Assembly (NCBI GenBank): GCA_963666345.1
Contig: OY762721.1
Location: 1,248,001-1,312,000, forward strand
Source of the DNA: Desulfatiglandales bacterium
Lineage (GTDB): Bacteria > Desulfobacterota > DSM-4660 > Desulfatiglandales > Desulfatiglandaceae
Reading direction: 5' to 3'
Length of the DNA: 64,000 bases
Below are positions 29,050-39,006 of this stretch, piece after piece (positions within the stretch are counted from its first letter, which is position 1; the number at the start of each line of letters is the position of its first letter). The notes beneath the pieces are model-generated. The model saw only the letters and a list, made by a program, of their open reading frames with translations. It did not search any database and was not told the origin of the DNA. A program made the position numbers and the translations under genes.

Positions 29050-29574
29050 CTATTCAACAAGTTCCACATTCCAGTATAGATAGTCCCGCCACGATTGAGG
29101 CACATCCCTCACACCTATGGTAATCCTGAGGGCCGGAAGCCATTCAGGCCTGCGCGGCTTGCGTACCAGTTTCATGCGTGCCTCCGCAGGCGTGCGCCCC
29201 CCCTTCTTTCTGTTACAGCGGACACAGCAGGTAACGATATTGTTCCATATCGTCTTTCCGCCTCTTGACTTTGGTATGACGTGGTCATAGGTAAGCTCAT
29301 CAGGGGGAAAACGCCTTCCGCAATACTGGCAGCTGTATTTGTCTCTCGTATAAATATTCTGTCTGGAAAATTTGACGGGCGTCAGCGGCCTTCTAACCAT
29401 CCTCAACAGGCGTACCACGGCTGGAAGCTTAACGGCAAAACTGACCGAATGGATTTCCCTGCCGTATTCTTCAAGGACCTCTACCTTTCCGAGCAGGAAC
29501 AGGGTTATCGCCTTTCTCCAGTTTATTATCTTGAGCGGCTCATATGTGATGTTGAGTAAAAGGACCTGTTCCAT
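29050..29574 (-). CDS. HNH endonuclease (McrA-like, stand-alone)
   Basis: RDKYSCQYCG..TYDHVIPKSRGG..WNNIVTCCVRCNRKKG. Confidence 0.92.
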   Translation of the reverse strand: MEQVLLLNITYEPLKIINWRKAITLFLLGKVEVLEEYGREIHSVSFAVKLPAVVRLLRMVRRPLTPVKFSRQNIYTRDKYSCQYCGRRFPPDELTYDHVIPKSRGGKTIWNNIVTCCVRCNRKKGGRTPAEARMKLVRKPRRPEWLPALRITIGVRDVPQSWRDYLYWNVELVE

Positions 29575-29937
29575 CTATAAGAACCCCGGCTTATCGGTTA
29601 GAATTCCATATTTTTTGGTCCGCACACTTTCGTATCAACAAAACAATTTTCATGATATTTAGCCAAAAATAATCAAAAAATCAAGCATAAAATGAAGCAT
29701 TTTTCAGTATGCGCATTCCTATCTCTTCAGGATCGCTACTGATTTCGGAAGAAGAGATCGGACGCAGTCTTCAAAGAGAAAATAAAAGGCATAGAAACAT
29801 GGAAAAGCAAAACACCCTGTTCAATATGCTGATCAATAATTGACATTTACCCCGGGTTGAAGTGTATAAAAGACCGGCAGGCCCGGTTTAAGGCCCTCAA
29901 AACCACAGACTCAAACCAGATCCGAAACGGTACGGAA

Positions 29938-30789
29938 ATGACATTTCTATACATAGCAACAGGATTGATTCTTCTTTACAGCATCTTAACCCTGATTATG
30001 ACCTATATGGTTCAGAAATTTCCCAGACGGCCCGTGAGAGACGTTCCTGACTGGGGGAACCTGAAAGACCTGGTTATACCGAGTATCGACGGCGGCTTTC
30101 TCGAAGTCTGGGTAGTGGAACCACCGTCGCCTTCTAGAGGGAAAGTCGTCCTGGCCCATGGATGGAGCCGAAACAGGGACAGGATGGTTTCAAGGGCCAG
30201 GGTATTCGCCCGGATGGGCTTTACAGCCGTTCTATACAGCGCCAGAGATCACGGCGGTTCAAGCCCCTGCAGTCTGATGAATGCGTTCAGGTTCACCGAA
30301 GATATGGAATCGATTCTCAAATGGTTGAATGAACCGGTGATACTCTATGGCCATTCCTTGGGTGCAGTGGCAGCCCTTACCGCTGCCGCAAAAAATCGAG
30401 GTCTTGTAAAAGCCTTATTTCTGGAGGGATGCTATGCAAAGACAAAAGAGGCCTTACTTAGTATCTATCGCCGTTACAATCTTGTTTTCGGCATCCTTTT
30501 CGGCCATGCCATAGTCTTCTGGTTCGATCTGTTCACCAAATTCAGGCTGGAACAAAGCAGCCCACTATTCCTTGCCTCCAGGGTAACCATACCGGTCCTG
30601 CTGATCCATGGGGAAGCCGATAAGACGTTTCCTCTTCATCACGCCTGGAGATTGAGAGATGGATTCCCCGGAGGAACTGCAGAACTCTTTGTCGCTCCAG
30701 GTGCCGATCACAGCAGCTCCTCTCTGGCAAAAGGCTTTCCCGAAGCGATCAGGGAATTTACTGACCGCCACTTTCACCATAAACAATGA
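29938..30789 (+). CDS. Alpha/beta hydrolase with N-terminal TM helix
   Basis: LAHGW, GHSLG nucleophile elbow, IHGEAD and GADH. Confidence 0.88.
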   Translation: MTFLYIATGLILLYSILTLIMTYMVQKFPRRPVRDVPDWGNLKDLVIPSIDGGFLEVWVVEPPSPSRGKVVLAHGWSRNRDRMVSRARVFARMGFTAVLYSARDHGGSSPCSLMNAFRFTEDMESILKWLNEPVILYGHSLGAVAALTAAAKNRGLVKALFLEGCYAKTKEALLSIYRRYNLVFGILFGHAIVFWFDLFTKFRLEQSSPLFLASRVTIPVLLIHGEADKTFPLHHAWRLRDGFPGGTAELFVAPGADHSSSSLAKGFPEAIREFTDRHFHHKQ

Positions 30790-31010
30790 TGCCTCAATGA
30801 TCTGCATCTATGGATTTACAGCCACTAATAGTTGGAACCCGGCCGGACATAGCGAGGTAATTTCCCAAAAACCCTATCTGTAAAGGACTTTACAGCTTGC
30901 AAAAAAAACTGACAACCCTCCTGTTTGCAGGTACCCTCCGGGACGTCCCTGTTTGACGTCAAAGCCTCTCTTATTGCCGAATTAAGGCCCTACCGTTTCT
31001 ACTTTTTCAT

Positions 31011-31027
31011 TTGGCATGTTAATTGCT
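31011..31027 (+). promoter_or_regulatory. Sigma-54 (-24/-12) promoter upstream of the acyl-CoA operon
   Basis: TTGGCATGTTAATTGCT, GG-N10-GC spacing. Confidence 0.7.
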
Positions 31028-31315
31028 TTTCAAGAAGGACAGTTACGTCAGGATTACTGTTTTAAGGTCTTTCTCCTGTTGGATTAAGTTCGACCTTCAT
31101 CATTAAATGCAACTAAGGCCATCAATTTCGAGCGATGTCCTCAACTCCTTCGAAGTGGATGAGCATCTGTATTTGGAAGTGAAGACTTTGACAAGTCGAA
31201 GTATTGAAGATTGCACTCTCAATATAAGGACCAAAGCGGGCATTAGGCTTCACACCCTGTTGGATAATGACGGCTATTAATAAGTCTCTGCATTTATCTT
31301 ATACGATTTTAAAAC

Positions 31316-31343
31316 TTGACAGTAAGTCAATATGACTTAAATT
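31316..31343 (+). promoter_or_regulatory. Putative sigma-70 promoter with overlapping palindromic operator
   Basis: TTGAC-N5-GTCAA and TAAGTCA-ATA-TGACTTA overlap TTGACA-16 bp-TAAATT. Confidence 0.55.
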
Positions 31344-31409
31344 GATGATTGGTTAGCTGGACAATATTTTTTTAATAAGTAATAATAATTTACTAAAAGT
31401 CAGCGGAGA

Positions 31410-33557
31410 GTGGAAGTGGAAAATCTTGATTTGATAATAAATCCGAAGTCAATTGCGGTTGTGGGAGCGAGCGGGCGTGCAGGAAGTCTAGGGAGGGCTA
31501 TTTTCAAGAATCTTCTTCAGGGAGACTACCGGGGGATACTATACCCGGTGAACCCTAAATCGACTTCGATTATGGGAGTTAAATCCTACGGGAGTCTGAC
31601 GGAGATACCGGATGAAGTAGACATGGCGGTTCTTATAATCCCCGCCGGGATGGTTCCGGATACCATTGAGCAGGCCGCGCTTAAAGGAGTGAAGGGTTGT
31701 ATAATCATTACTGCTGGATTCAAGGAGATAGGCGGTGAAGGTCTTGAACTTGACGGGAAATTGCAGGAAGTAATGAAGCGGACCGGGGTGAGGGTTGTAG
31801 GTCCGAATTGTCTGGGGATTATCAATACAAATAAAGATGTAAGCATGAATGCGAGTTTTGGAAGAGAGATTCCCCCTGCCGGGAACATTGCCTTTGTAGC
31901 TCAGTCGGGTGGACTATGCGCATCTGTTCTTGATTTTGCAGCGGGCAAGAATATAGGTTTTTCAAAATTTGTAAGCATCGGCAACAAAAGCGACTATAAC
32001 GAAGTGGATTTTTTACGCTACTTAAAGGATGATCCTGAAACCCGTGTAATCCTCATGTACCTGGAAGACATAAAGGACGGAAGGGCATTTATGGAGACAG
32101 CGAGGGAGGTAACATGGGGGGCCGGGAAACCGGTTATAGTTGTGAAGGCAGGCAGATCGGCGGAAGGCGCCAGGGCCGCCGCATCTCACACGGGATCTCT
32201 GGCCGGTTCGGACTCCAGCTATGATGCTATTTTTCTTCAGAGCGGTGTCCTGAGGGTTCCGGGACTTGACGAACTTTTCAACTTTGCAGTGGCTTTTTCG
32301 GAGCAGCCTCTTCCAAGAGGAAACAGGGTAGCCATTATTACCAATTCAGGGGGTCCGGGTATAATGGCGACGGATTCAGCGATCAGGCACGGCCTGAAGC
32401 TGGCGGAACTTTCCGAGGAGACAAAGCAGAAGTTGCTGGGATGTCTTCCCGGTACTGCAAGTGTAAAAAATCCGGTTGACGTTATCGGAGACGCGAACGT
32501 CGATCGATATGAAAACGCCATTCGCTATAGTCTTTCGGATGAAAACGTGGACAGTGCGATAGTTATCGTGAGCCCTGGGGCCTTAACCCCCATAATAGAG
32601 ACAGCCGAAGTAATAGCCCGTGTTGCAAAAGATTTTGACAAGCCTGTGCTGGCCTCGTTTATGGGAAATGTGGATGTTGCGGAAGGCGTGCACTATTTGG
32701 AGGAAAAGGGTATTCCCAATTATCCCTTTGCGGAATCGGCGGCCAGGGCGCTTGCAGGGATGGTGAAATTCCAGAGCAGCCTTAAGCCTGATGAGGTATT
32801 CAGGAAAAAGAGAGACATAAGGAGATATCAAGCAGATTCTGAAAGGGCTCGGAGCATCATCTCTGAGAAGCTTCGCGGAAAAGACAAATGTTCAATGACT
32901 GAAAAGGAAGCCAGTGAGATTTTGAGCTGTTATGGTTTTCCTCTTCTCAAAAGCAGGGTTGCCGGGGATATTTCGCAGGTTGAATCCATTGTTGGAGATA
33001 TCGGGCTGCCGGTTGTAATGAAAATCGATTCAAATGACATCCTCCACAAATCCGATGCCGGTGGGGTCAAGATAAACCTCCGGACTGTTGAAGAGGCGAA
33101 GTCGGCATATATGGAGATAGTGTCAAATGCCAAAAAATTCAGGGCTGACGCGGTAATCAACGGTGTGCTGATTGAACAGATGGCAAGGCCTGGTCAGGAA
33201 ATCATTCTTGGAGCGACCAAGGACAGGATCTTCGGTCACATATGCATGTTCGGACTGGGCGGGATATTTGTCGAAGCCATGAAAGACGTGGCTTTCAGGC
33301 TTGCGCCCATGTGGGAGTCCAGTGCGGAAAGGATGATTCAATCGATAAGGGGCTATAAGATCCTAAAAGGGGTCAGAGGGAATCCGCCCTCGGATATGAG
33401 TGCAATCAAGGAATGTCTTCTGAGGCTTTCCGAGATGCTTTCTGATAATCCCAATATCGTTGAACTGGATATCAACCCGTTGCTCGTTTATCCTGAAGGT
33501 CAGGGATGCGTTGTTGCGGACGTAAGGATCATACTGTCAAAAAACGGGGAAAAGTAG
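31410..33557 (+). CDS. Acetate/acyl-CoA ligase (ADP-forming) family, fused alpha+beta
   Basis: CoA-binding domain, GPNCLG, SHTGSLAGS (phospho-His), HKSDAGGV and LDINPL ATP-grasp. Confidence 0.92.
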   Translation: MEVENLDLIINPKSIAVVGASGRAGSLGRAIFKNLLQGDYRGILYPVNPKSTSIMGVKSYGSLTEIPDEVDMAVLIIPAGMVPDTIEQAALKGVKGCIIITAGFKEIGGEGLELDGKLQEVMKRTGVRVVGPNCLGIINTNKDVSMNASFGREIPPAGNIAFVAQSGGLCASVLDFAAGKNIGFSKFVSIGNKSDYNEVDFLRYLKDDPETRVILMYLEDIKDGRAFMETAREVTWGAGKPVIVVKAGRSAEGARAAASHTGSLAGSDSSYDAIFLQSGVLRVPGLDELFNFAVAFSEQPLPRGNRVAIITNSGGPGIMATDSAIRHGLKLAELSEETKQKLLGCLPGTASVKNPVDVIGDANVDRYENAIRYSLSDENVDSAIVIVSPGALTPIIETAEVIARVAKDFDKPVLASFMGNVDVAEGVHYLEEKGIPNYPFAESAARALAGMVKFQSSLKPDEVFRKKRDIRRYQADSERARSIISEKLRGKDKCSMTEKEASEILSCYGFPLLKSRVAGDISQVESIVGDIGLPVVMKIDSNDILHKSDAGGVKINLRTVEEAKSAYMEIVSNAKKFRADAVINGVLIEQMARPGQEIILGATKDRIFGHICMFGLGGIFVEAMKDVAFRLAPMWESSAERMIQSIRGYKILKGVRGNPPSDMSAIKECLLRLSEMLSDNPNIVELDINPLLVYPEGQGCVVADVRIILSKNGEK

Positions 33558-33647
33558 ACGATCAAAGTTGTTAATGTCCGGAAAGATGGAAAGTTAAAAA
33601 AAACAGGCCCAAAGATTGTGTCTAAAGATAATTAAGGAGGCTGAGAG

Positions 33648-34931
33648 ATGGCGGAAGCAGTGATAGTGTCGGTGGTGAGGACGCCTGTTGGTGTATTTGG
33701 AGGCACGCTGAAGACCACGCCTGTGGTTGAGCTTGGTGGTCTGGTGTTGAAGGAGGCGTTAAAGAGGGTGGGGCTGAGGCCTTATGCGACCGATGAACTG
33801 AGGAGTTACGAGCCTGACGCCTTAAAGGGCAGGGGCATGATAGAGCTTGAAAAGGGCTCATATGATTATGATGATTCTTTTGTACCTGTTGAGGTGGACG
33901 AGGTCATCATGGGCAACGTGGTGGGAGCCGGTCAGGGACAGAACGTTGCCCGTCAGGCCATGATAAGGGCGGGTATAAGCAAGGAGACCTCCGCCTTTAC
34001 GGTTAACAAGGTATGTGCTTCCGGGATGAAGGCTGTGGCGCTTGGCTGTCAGGCGATCCGTCATGGTGAGGCTGATGTGGTTCTTGCGGGAGGCATGGAG
34101 AATATGTCTCTTATTCCTTATGCGCTTCCGTCCGCCAGATGGGGAGCCAGGATGAACAATTCCGAGCTTGTGGATCTTATGGTAATGGACGGGCTCTTTG
34201 AGATATTTTACGGATATCACATGGGGATCACGGCCGAGAACATTGCCGAGGCCTATTCGATAAGCAGGCGGGAGCAGGACGAGCTGGGACTTATGAGTCA
34301 TCAGAGGGCGAGAAAGGCGATAACCGTTGGGCTGTTTAAAGATGAGATAGTGCCTGTGGTGATTCCTCAGAGGAAGGGTGATCCTATAGTATTTGATACT
34401 GATGAACGGCCCATGGACACGAGTATTGAGAAGATGGGCAGGCTCAGGCCGGCCTTTAAGAAAGAGGGCACGGTTACCGCGGGAAACGCGTCGGGGATAA
34501 ACGATGCTGCTGCGGCCCTTCTTCTTATGAGTGAGGATAAGGCAAAGGAGCTGGGATTGAAGCCACTTGTAAAGGTGCGTGCGGCTGCAAGTGCCGCCAT
34601 AGATCCCGCCTATATGGGGCTTGGTCCGATCCCGGCTGTAAGGAAGGTGCTTGCCTCGGAGGGTTTGACGATAGGGGATTTCGGGGTGGTGGAGTTAAAC
34701 GAGGCGTTTGCCTCTCAGGCCATAGCGTGCATGAGGGAGCTTGGTTTGAGTGAAGGCAACACCAATGTATTGGGAAGCGGCATATCGATCGGTCACCCCA
34801 TAGGCTGCAGCGGGGCAAGGCTGCTTGTTACGCTTACGTCCCTTATGTTGAGTGGGGGCCATGGTCTTGGTCTTGCCTCTTTGTGCATAGGTGGAGGCCA
34901 GGGCATGGCGACCGTGCTTGAGGCTGTTTGA
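33648..34931 (+). CDS. Acetyl-CoA C-acetyltransferase (thiolase)
   Basis: [20 protein letters not shown] and CIGGGQG. Confidence 0.95.
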   Translation: MAEAVIVSVVRTPVGVFGGTLKTTPVVELGGLVLKEALKRVGLRPYATDELRSYEPDALKGRGMIELEKGSYDYDDSFVPVEVDEVIMGNVVGAGQGQNVARQAMIRAGISKETSAFTVNKVCASGMKAVALGCQAIRHGEADVVLAGGMENMSLIPYALPSARWGARMNNSELVDLMVMDGLFEIFYGYHMGITAENIAEAYSISRREQDELGLMSHQRARKAITVGLFKDEIVPVVIPQRKGDPIVFDTDERPMDTSIEKMGRLRPAFKKEGTVTAGNASGINDAAAALLLMSEDKAKELGLKPLVKVRAAASAAIDPAYMGLGPIPAVRKVLASEGLTIGDFGVVELNEAFASQAIACMRELGLSEGNTNVLGSGISIGHPIGCSGARLLVTLTSLMLSGGHGLGLASLCIGGGQGMATVLEAV

Positions 34932-34964
34932 GGCAACTTTTTTTTAAGTCGGGGGGTAGTTGAG

Positions 34965-35753
34965 ATGTCCTATGAGACGGTGTTATTTGATAGGGACGGT
35001 GATATCGGGATAATAAGGTTTAACCGTCCCAAGGCCTTGAACGCGATAAATGTTGAGATGCTGGGTGATTTAAACGGTGTGCTTGACGAGGTTGAAGCTG
35101 ACGGCACATTCAGGGTGCTTGTGCTGACAGGCGAGGGGGACAAGGCATTTGTCGCAGGGGCCGACATATCGCACATGGTGAATCTGGGCAGTCTTGAGGC
35201 AAGGCGTTTTTCCCGTGAAGGCCACAGGCTTATGGACAGGTTTGAGGCCCTTGCCATACCGGTGATTGCATGTGTGAACGGTTTTGCCCTTGGAGGCGGT
35301 ACCGAGATAGCCATGGCCTGTGATTTTATATACGCATCAGAGGGTGCAAGGTTTGGTCAACCGGAGATTAATCTGGGAATCATACCGGGGTTTGGGGGCA
35401 CGCAGAGGTTGAGCAGGCTGGTGGGAAAGAACATGGCCAAGGAGCTTTGCATGACCGGGGGGATAATAACGGCTATGGAGGCGGAGCGGATCGGGCTGGT
35501 AAACCGTGTGTTTCCCGCCGACAGGCTGTGGGAGGAGACGATGAAGACCGCAGTTGTTATATGCTCAAAGGGCCGTGTGTCCGTGCGTACGGTAAAAAGA
35601 TGCATAGACAGGGGCCTTGATACCGATCTTGCAAGCGGTTGTTATATGGAGTCTGAGGGATTTGCCGTTGTCTTCGCATCTCACGATGCAAAGGAGGGCA
35701 TGTCCGCTTTTCTTGAAAAACGAAAACCACAATTCAAAGGGGAGTTAGGATAA
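34965..35753 (+). CDS. Enoyl-CoA hydratase (crotonase)
   Basis: NRPKALNA, AFVAGADI, ALGGGTE and GQPEINLGIIPGFGGTQRL. Confidence 0.95.
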   Translation: MSYETVLFDRDGDIGIIRFNRPKALNAINVEMLGDLNGVLDEVEADGTFRVLVLTGEGDKAFVAGADISHMVNLGSLEARRFSREGHRLMDRFEALAIPVIACVNGFALGGGTEIAMACDFIYASEGARFGQPEINLGIIPGFGGTQRLSRLVGKNMAKELCMTGGIITAMEAERIGLVNRVFPADRLWEETMKTAVVICSKGRVSVRTVKRCIDRGLDTDLASGCYMESEGFAVVFASHDAKEGMSAFLEKRKPQFKGELG

Positions 35754-35754
35754 A

Positions 35755-36903
35755 ATGGATTTTGCACTTACCGAAGAACAACAGATGGTCAAGGATATGG
35801 CCCGGAGGTTTGCGGAAACTGAAATAAAACCCACTGCCGCCGAATTTGATGAGAAACATCAACATCCCGCTGATATCGTGGCCCAGCTCGGCGAACTCAA
35901 GATGATGGGCATAGCCGTGCCTGAGGAATACGGCGGAGGCGGCATGGATTACGTAAGCTACGTGCTGGCCCTGATCGAGATCTCCAAGGCATGCGCGTCC
36001 ACAGGCGTTATAATGAGCGTGAACAACTCTCTGTACTGTTTCCCCGTCATGGCATACGGTACTGAGGAGCAGAAAAAGAAATACCTGGAACCGTGTGCCT
36101 CCGGAGAAAAGATAGGCTGCTACGGGCTGACCGAGGCCGGTGCCGGCTCCGACCCGGCAGGGCTCAGGACTACGGCGGTAAAAGACGGAAATGAATGGAT
36201 ACTTAACGGGGAAAAGAAATTTATCACAAACGGAAATATCGCCTCCTACTGCGTGCTTGCAGCGCTTACCGAAAAGGGGGCGGGTTACAAGGGAATCAGC
36301 ACCTTTGTCGTAAACCTGGAAGACACACCCGGTTTCAAGGTCGGCCGGGTTGAAGACAAACTGGGGATACTCGCATCAGGCACATCCGAACTCATTTTCG
36401 AGGATGCCAGGGTGCCTGCCGATGCACTGCTTGGAAACGAGGGAGAGGGTTTCAAGCAGATGCTGTCGACCCTTGACGGGGGCCGGATCGGAATCGCTTC
36501 TCAGGCCATAGGGATCGGAAGGGCCGTCATAGAGGAGGCGGTAGAGTATGCAAAGACAAGAGAGCAGTTTGGAAAGCCGATAACCGCATTTCAGGCCATC
36601 CAGTGGAAGCTGGCCGACATGGCCACAGAACTGGACGCGGCTGAACTTCTGACACTAAGGGCTGCATGGCTTGAAAGCAACAAAAAGCCTTATGAAAAAG
36701 AGGCGGCCATGGCCAAAATGTATGCCTCCGATGCGGCAATGCGAGCGTCCATCGAAGGAGTACAAATCCTGGGCGGGTATGGATACTGCAAGGAATACCC
36801 CATGGAACGACACATGAGGGATGCAAAAATCTGTCAGATATATGAAGGTACCAACGAGATAATGCGTCTCGTTGTGGCCAACAATCTGATAAAAGGAAGA
36901 TAA
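35755..36903 (+). CDS. Acyl-CoA dehydrogenase (butyryl-CoA dehydrogenase-like)
   Basis: LTEAGAGSD, REQFGKPI..FQAIQ, GGYGY and IYEGTNEI. Confidence 0.95.
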   Translation: MDFALTEEQQMVKDMARRFAETEIKPTAAEFDEKHQHPADIVAQLGELKMMGIAVPEEYGGGGMDYVSYVLALIEISKACASTGVIMSVNNSLYCFPVMAYGTEEQKKKYLEPCASGEKIGCYGLTEAGAGSDPAGLRTTAVKDGNEWILNGEKKFITNGNIASYCVLAALTEKGAGYKGISTFVVNLEDTPGFKVGRVEDKLGILASGTSELIFEDARVPADALLGNEGEGFKQMLSTLDGGRIGIASQAIGIGRAVIEEAVEYAKTREQFGKPITAFQAIQWKLADMATELDAAELLTLRAAWLESNKKPYEKEAAMAKMYASDAAMRASIEGVQILGGYGYCKEYPMERHMRDAKICQIYEGTNEIMRLVVANNLIKGR

Positions 36904-36927
36904 AACCCGTCTTCTTCTCACCAAAAT

Positions 36928-36984
36928 GCTGCCTGAAGTCTTCAACCTGAACAGACAACCAGTTGAGGCAAGACCTCAGGCAGC
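36928..36984 (+). terminator. Long imperfect hairpin after the acyl-CoA operon
   Basis: GCTGCCTGA..GTCTT..CAAC / GTTG..AAGAC..TCAGGCAGC; no clear T-tract. Confidence 0.4.
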
Positions 36985-37210
36985 CTACCGAATACCTTCA
37001 ATTTCCTATATAATCTTCTTGCAGATACTTCAGACCGGACTGTTTTAAGGTTGACCTTGCATGCACAGGTATCTTAAAGTATTAATAAAACAGCTTTGTC
37101 TGGCATAACAGGCTTTTCAATCATCATGCAAAGGGACCCTGTCACTTTTTTTGTCGACCCGGCTCAGAGAACCAGGTTCCCCATAATGGAATAAAACACG
37201 GAGTCTCGTC

Positions 37211-37807
37211 ATGAGCATAAAAGTCTTAGGAATCTACGGAAGCCCAAGGGCCAAAGGGAATACGGATCAGCTTCTTGATAAAGCGCTGGAGGGGGCGAAA
37301 GCGCAGGGCGCAGAGATATCCTCCGTATATGCCAGGAAGCTTAAGATGTCAGGTTGTCTTGAGTGCGGAGGATGCGACAAGACAGGCAAATGCGTGGTAA
37401 AAGACGACATGCAGAAGGTCTATCCCCTTATCAAAGAAGCCGCGATAATTATTCTCAGCTCCCCCATGTTTTTTTATAGTGTCACCGCCCAGGTCAAGGC
37501 GATCATGGACAGAAGCCAGGCCATGTGGTCCGGAAGGATGCTGACCAAGACAAAGGAGCAGAGAAAGCAGTACGACAGTGGAAGAGGTTATCTGATCGCC
37601 TCAGGGGCGACAAGGGGGAAAAATCTGTTTGAAGGAGCGGAACTGACCACAAGATATTTTTTCGACGCCCTGGACATGAGCTATGAAGGGGGCCTTTTCT
37701 TCAGAAGGATTGAAAAGCCCTCTGACATAAAAGAAAAGGAAGGGGCACTTGAATCGGCCTTTGCCTTTGGTAAAAAGATCGTCATTGATGCAAAAAACAA
37801 GGCATAA
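37211..37807 (+). CDS. Flavodoxin-fold iron-sulfur flavoprotein (NADPH-dependent FMN reductase family)
   Basis: GSPRAKGNT, CLECGGC...C motif and SPMFF. Confidence 0.9.
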   Translation: MSIKVLGIYGSPRAKGNTDQLLDKALEGAKAQGAEISSVYARKLKMSGCLECGGCDKTGKCVVKDDMQKVYPLIKEAAIIILSSPMFFYSVTAQVKAIMDRSQAMWSGRMLTKTKEQRKQYDSGRGYLIASGATRGKNLFEGAELTTRYFFDALDMSYEGGLFFRRIEKPSDIKEKEGALESAFAFGKKIVIDAKNKA

Positions 37808-37872
37808 TCCCGACCGAGGCGGGAAAGTTGGTCTTTTTACGAAGCCGTCGTCGTATCCGTAAAAAACCAAAA

Positions 37873-37997
37873 GACGGCACAGTAAAAAGTTCCAAATGCA
37901 AGGCCTGCGAGCCTTGAGGAATGAGGCGTACTTTAAGTACGTCGCAATGACGAAAGACGAAGCATAACGCAGCAGTCGGTCTTTTTACGAAGCCGTC
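37873..37997. mobile_element. 125-bp MITE/REP-like element with 17-bp imperfect terminal inverted repeats
   Basis: GACGGCACAGTAAAAAG ... CTTTTTACGAAGCCGTC (14/17), internal hairpin CGTACTT-T-AAGTACG, and an extra end copy at 37830-37850. Confidence 0.65.
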
Positions 37998-38887
37998 GGC
38001 TTTGATTTACGCACCTTTGCTATATTCGATTTTATCTTCTCGAGCCCCGGCCTGGCAAGAGCCGTCTTTCCGAATTTTCCGCTAAATGCCTTCAAATCCA
38101 TCTCAAGGATCTTTTCCGTTGAGGGAAGGCACACCTTCCTTTCCTGTTTTACACTGTTGAAGGGACATACCTCCTGACAGATATCACAGCCGAAAAAGCA
38201 GTCGCCCATCAGAGCTGCCTGCTCATCCGTTACCTCCCCCTGATACTCAATAGTCAGGTAGGACAGGCATTTTGAGGCATCCACTGAAAAAGGCCTTTCA
38301 AGTGCCCCTGTGGGGCAGGCATCCATGCATCTCGTGCATGCCCCGCATTGATTTTGAAGAGGCCTTTTTTCTTCAAAGTCCATATCCACGGTTGTGAGAA
38401 CTTCGACAAGAAAAAAGTAGGACCCCTTACCCGGCAGGATACACATATTATTCTTACCAATAAACCCGATACCGGCCTCGTACGCGAAACTTCTCTCAAT
38501 GATCGGCGCCGAATCGACGCATACCCTGCTTCTGGAACCTTGATATGCCTCGCCCAATGACTTTACCAGCGACTTACCCAGTTTTCTCAATCGATTATGG
38601 TAATCTATTTTATCCGGTTCCGAATATCTTGCAGTGCGGTAACCGTCAGGTGTGCAAGGTATGCCGGGAGAATAAGGATAAGCCAGAGAAACTACCGTTT
38701 TACAGCCGTCAAGAAGGGACTCCGGATTTTCTCTCAGATCTTTATTCCTCTCTATCCATTTCATCTCGCCATTTTTTCCGGCATCGATCCATGAATGGAA
38801 GTGCTCTATAAAAAGGGGCCTCTTGGGTCTTGAAAACCCTACTGCGGCAAATCCAAATCTCAAGGCATCTTTGATGAGGTTATCCAA
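37985..38887 (-). CDS. queG: tRNA epoxyqueuosine(34) reductase
   Basis: DYH, VDSAPIIER, GFIGKN, CGACTRCMDACPTGA, CLSYLTIE and GCDICQEVCPFN. Confidence 0.93.
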   Translation of the reverse strand: MDNLIKDALRFGFAAVGFSRPKRPLFIEHFHSWIDAGKNGEMKWIERNKDLRENPESLLDGCKTVVSLAYPYSPGIPCTPDGYRTARYSEPDKIDYHNRLRKLGKSLVKSLGEAYQGSRSRVCVDSAPIIERSFAYEAGIGFIGKNNMCILPGKGSYFFLVEVLTTVDMDFEEKRPLQNQCGACTRCMDACPTGALERPFSVDASKCLSYLTIEYQGEVTDEQAALMGDCFFGCDICQEVCPFNSVKQERKVCLPSTEKILEMDLKAFSGKFGKTALARPGLEKIKSNIAKVRKSKPTAS

Positions 38888-39006
38888 GGCTCTGTTTTCT
38901 GCTCATACCTGCTCAATTAGAAAAAGATCTATTTCTTCAGTCCTGTCTGAGACCGATCCAACCGGGGGTCCTTATTTTTCAAATCCCCTATAACTCTTCA
39001 CCCTGT

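Noticed and set aside
29050..29574. HNH nucleases (this one and yajD) as defence or homing elements
   Set aside because: Both are common stand-alone chromosomal families with no methylase, ATPase, intron or immunity partner nearby
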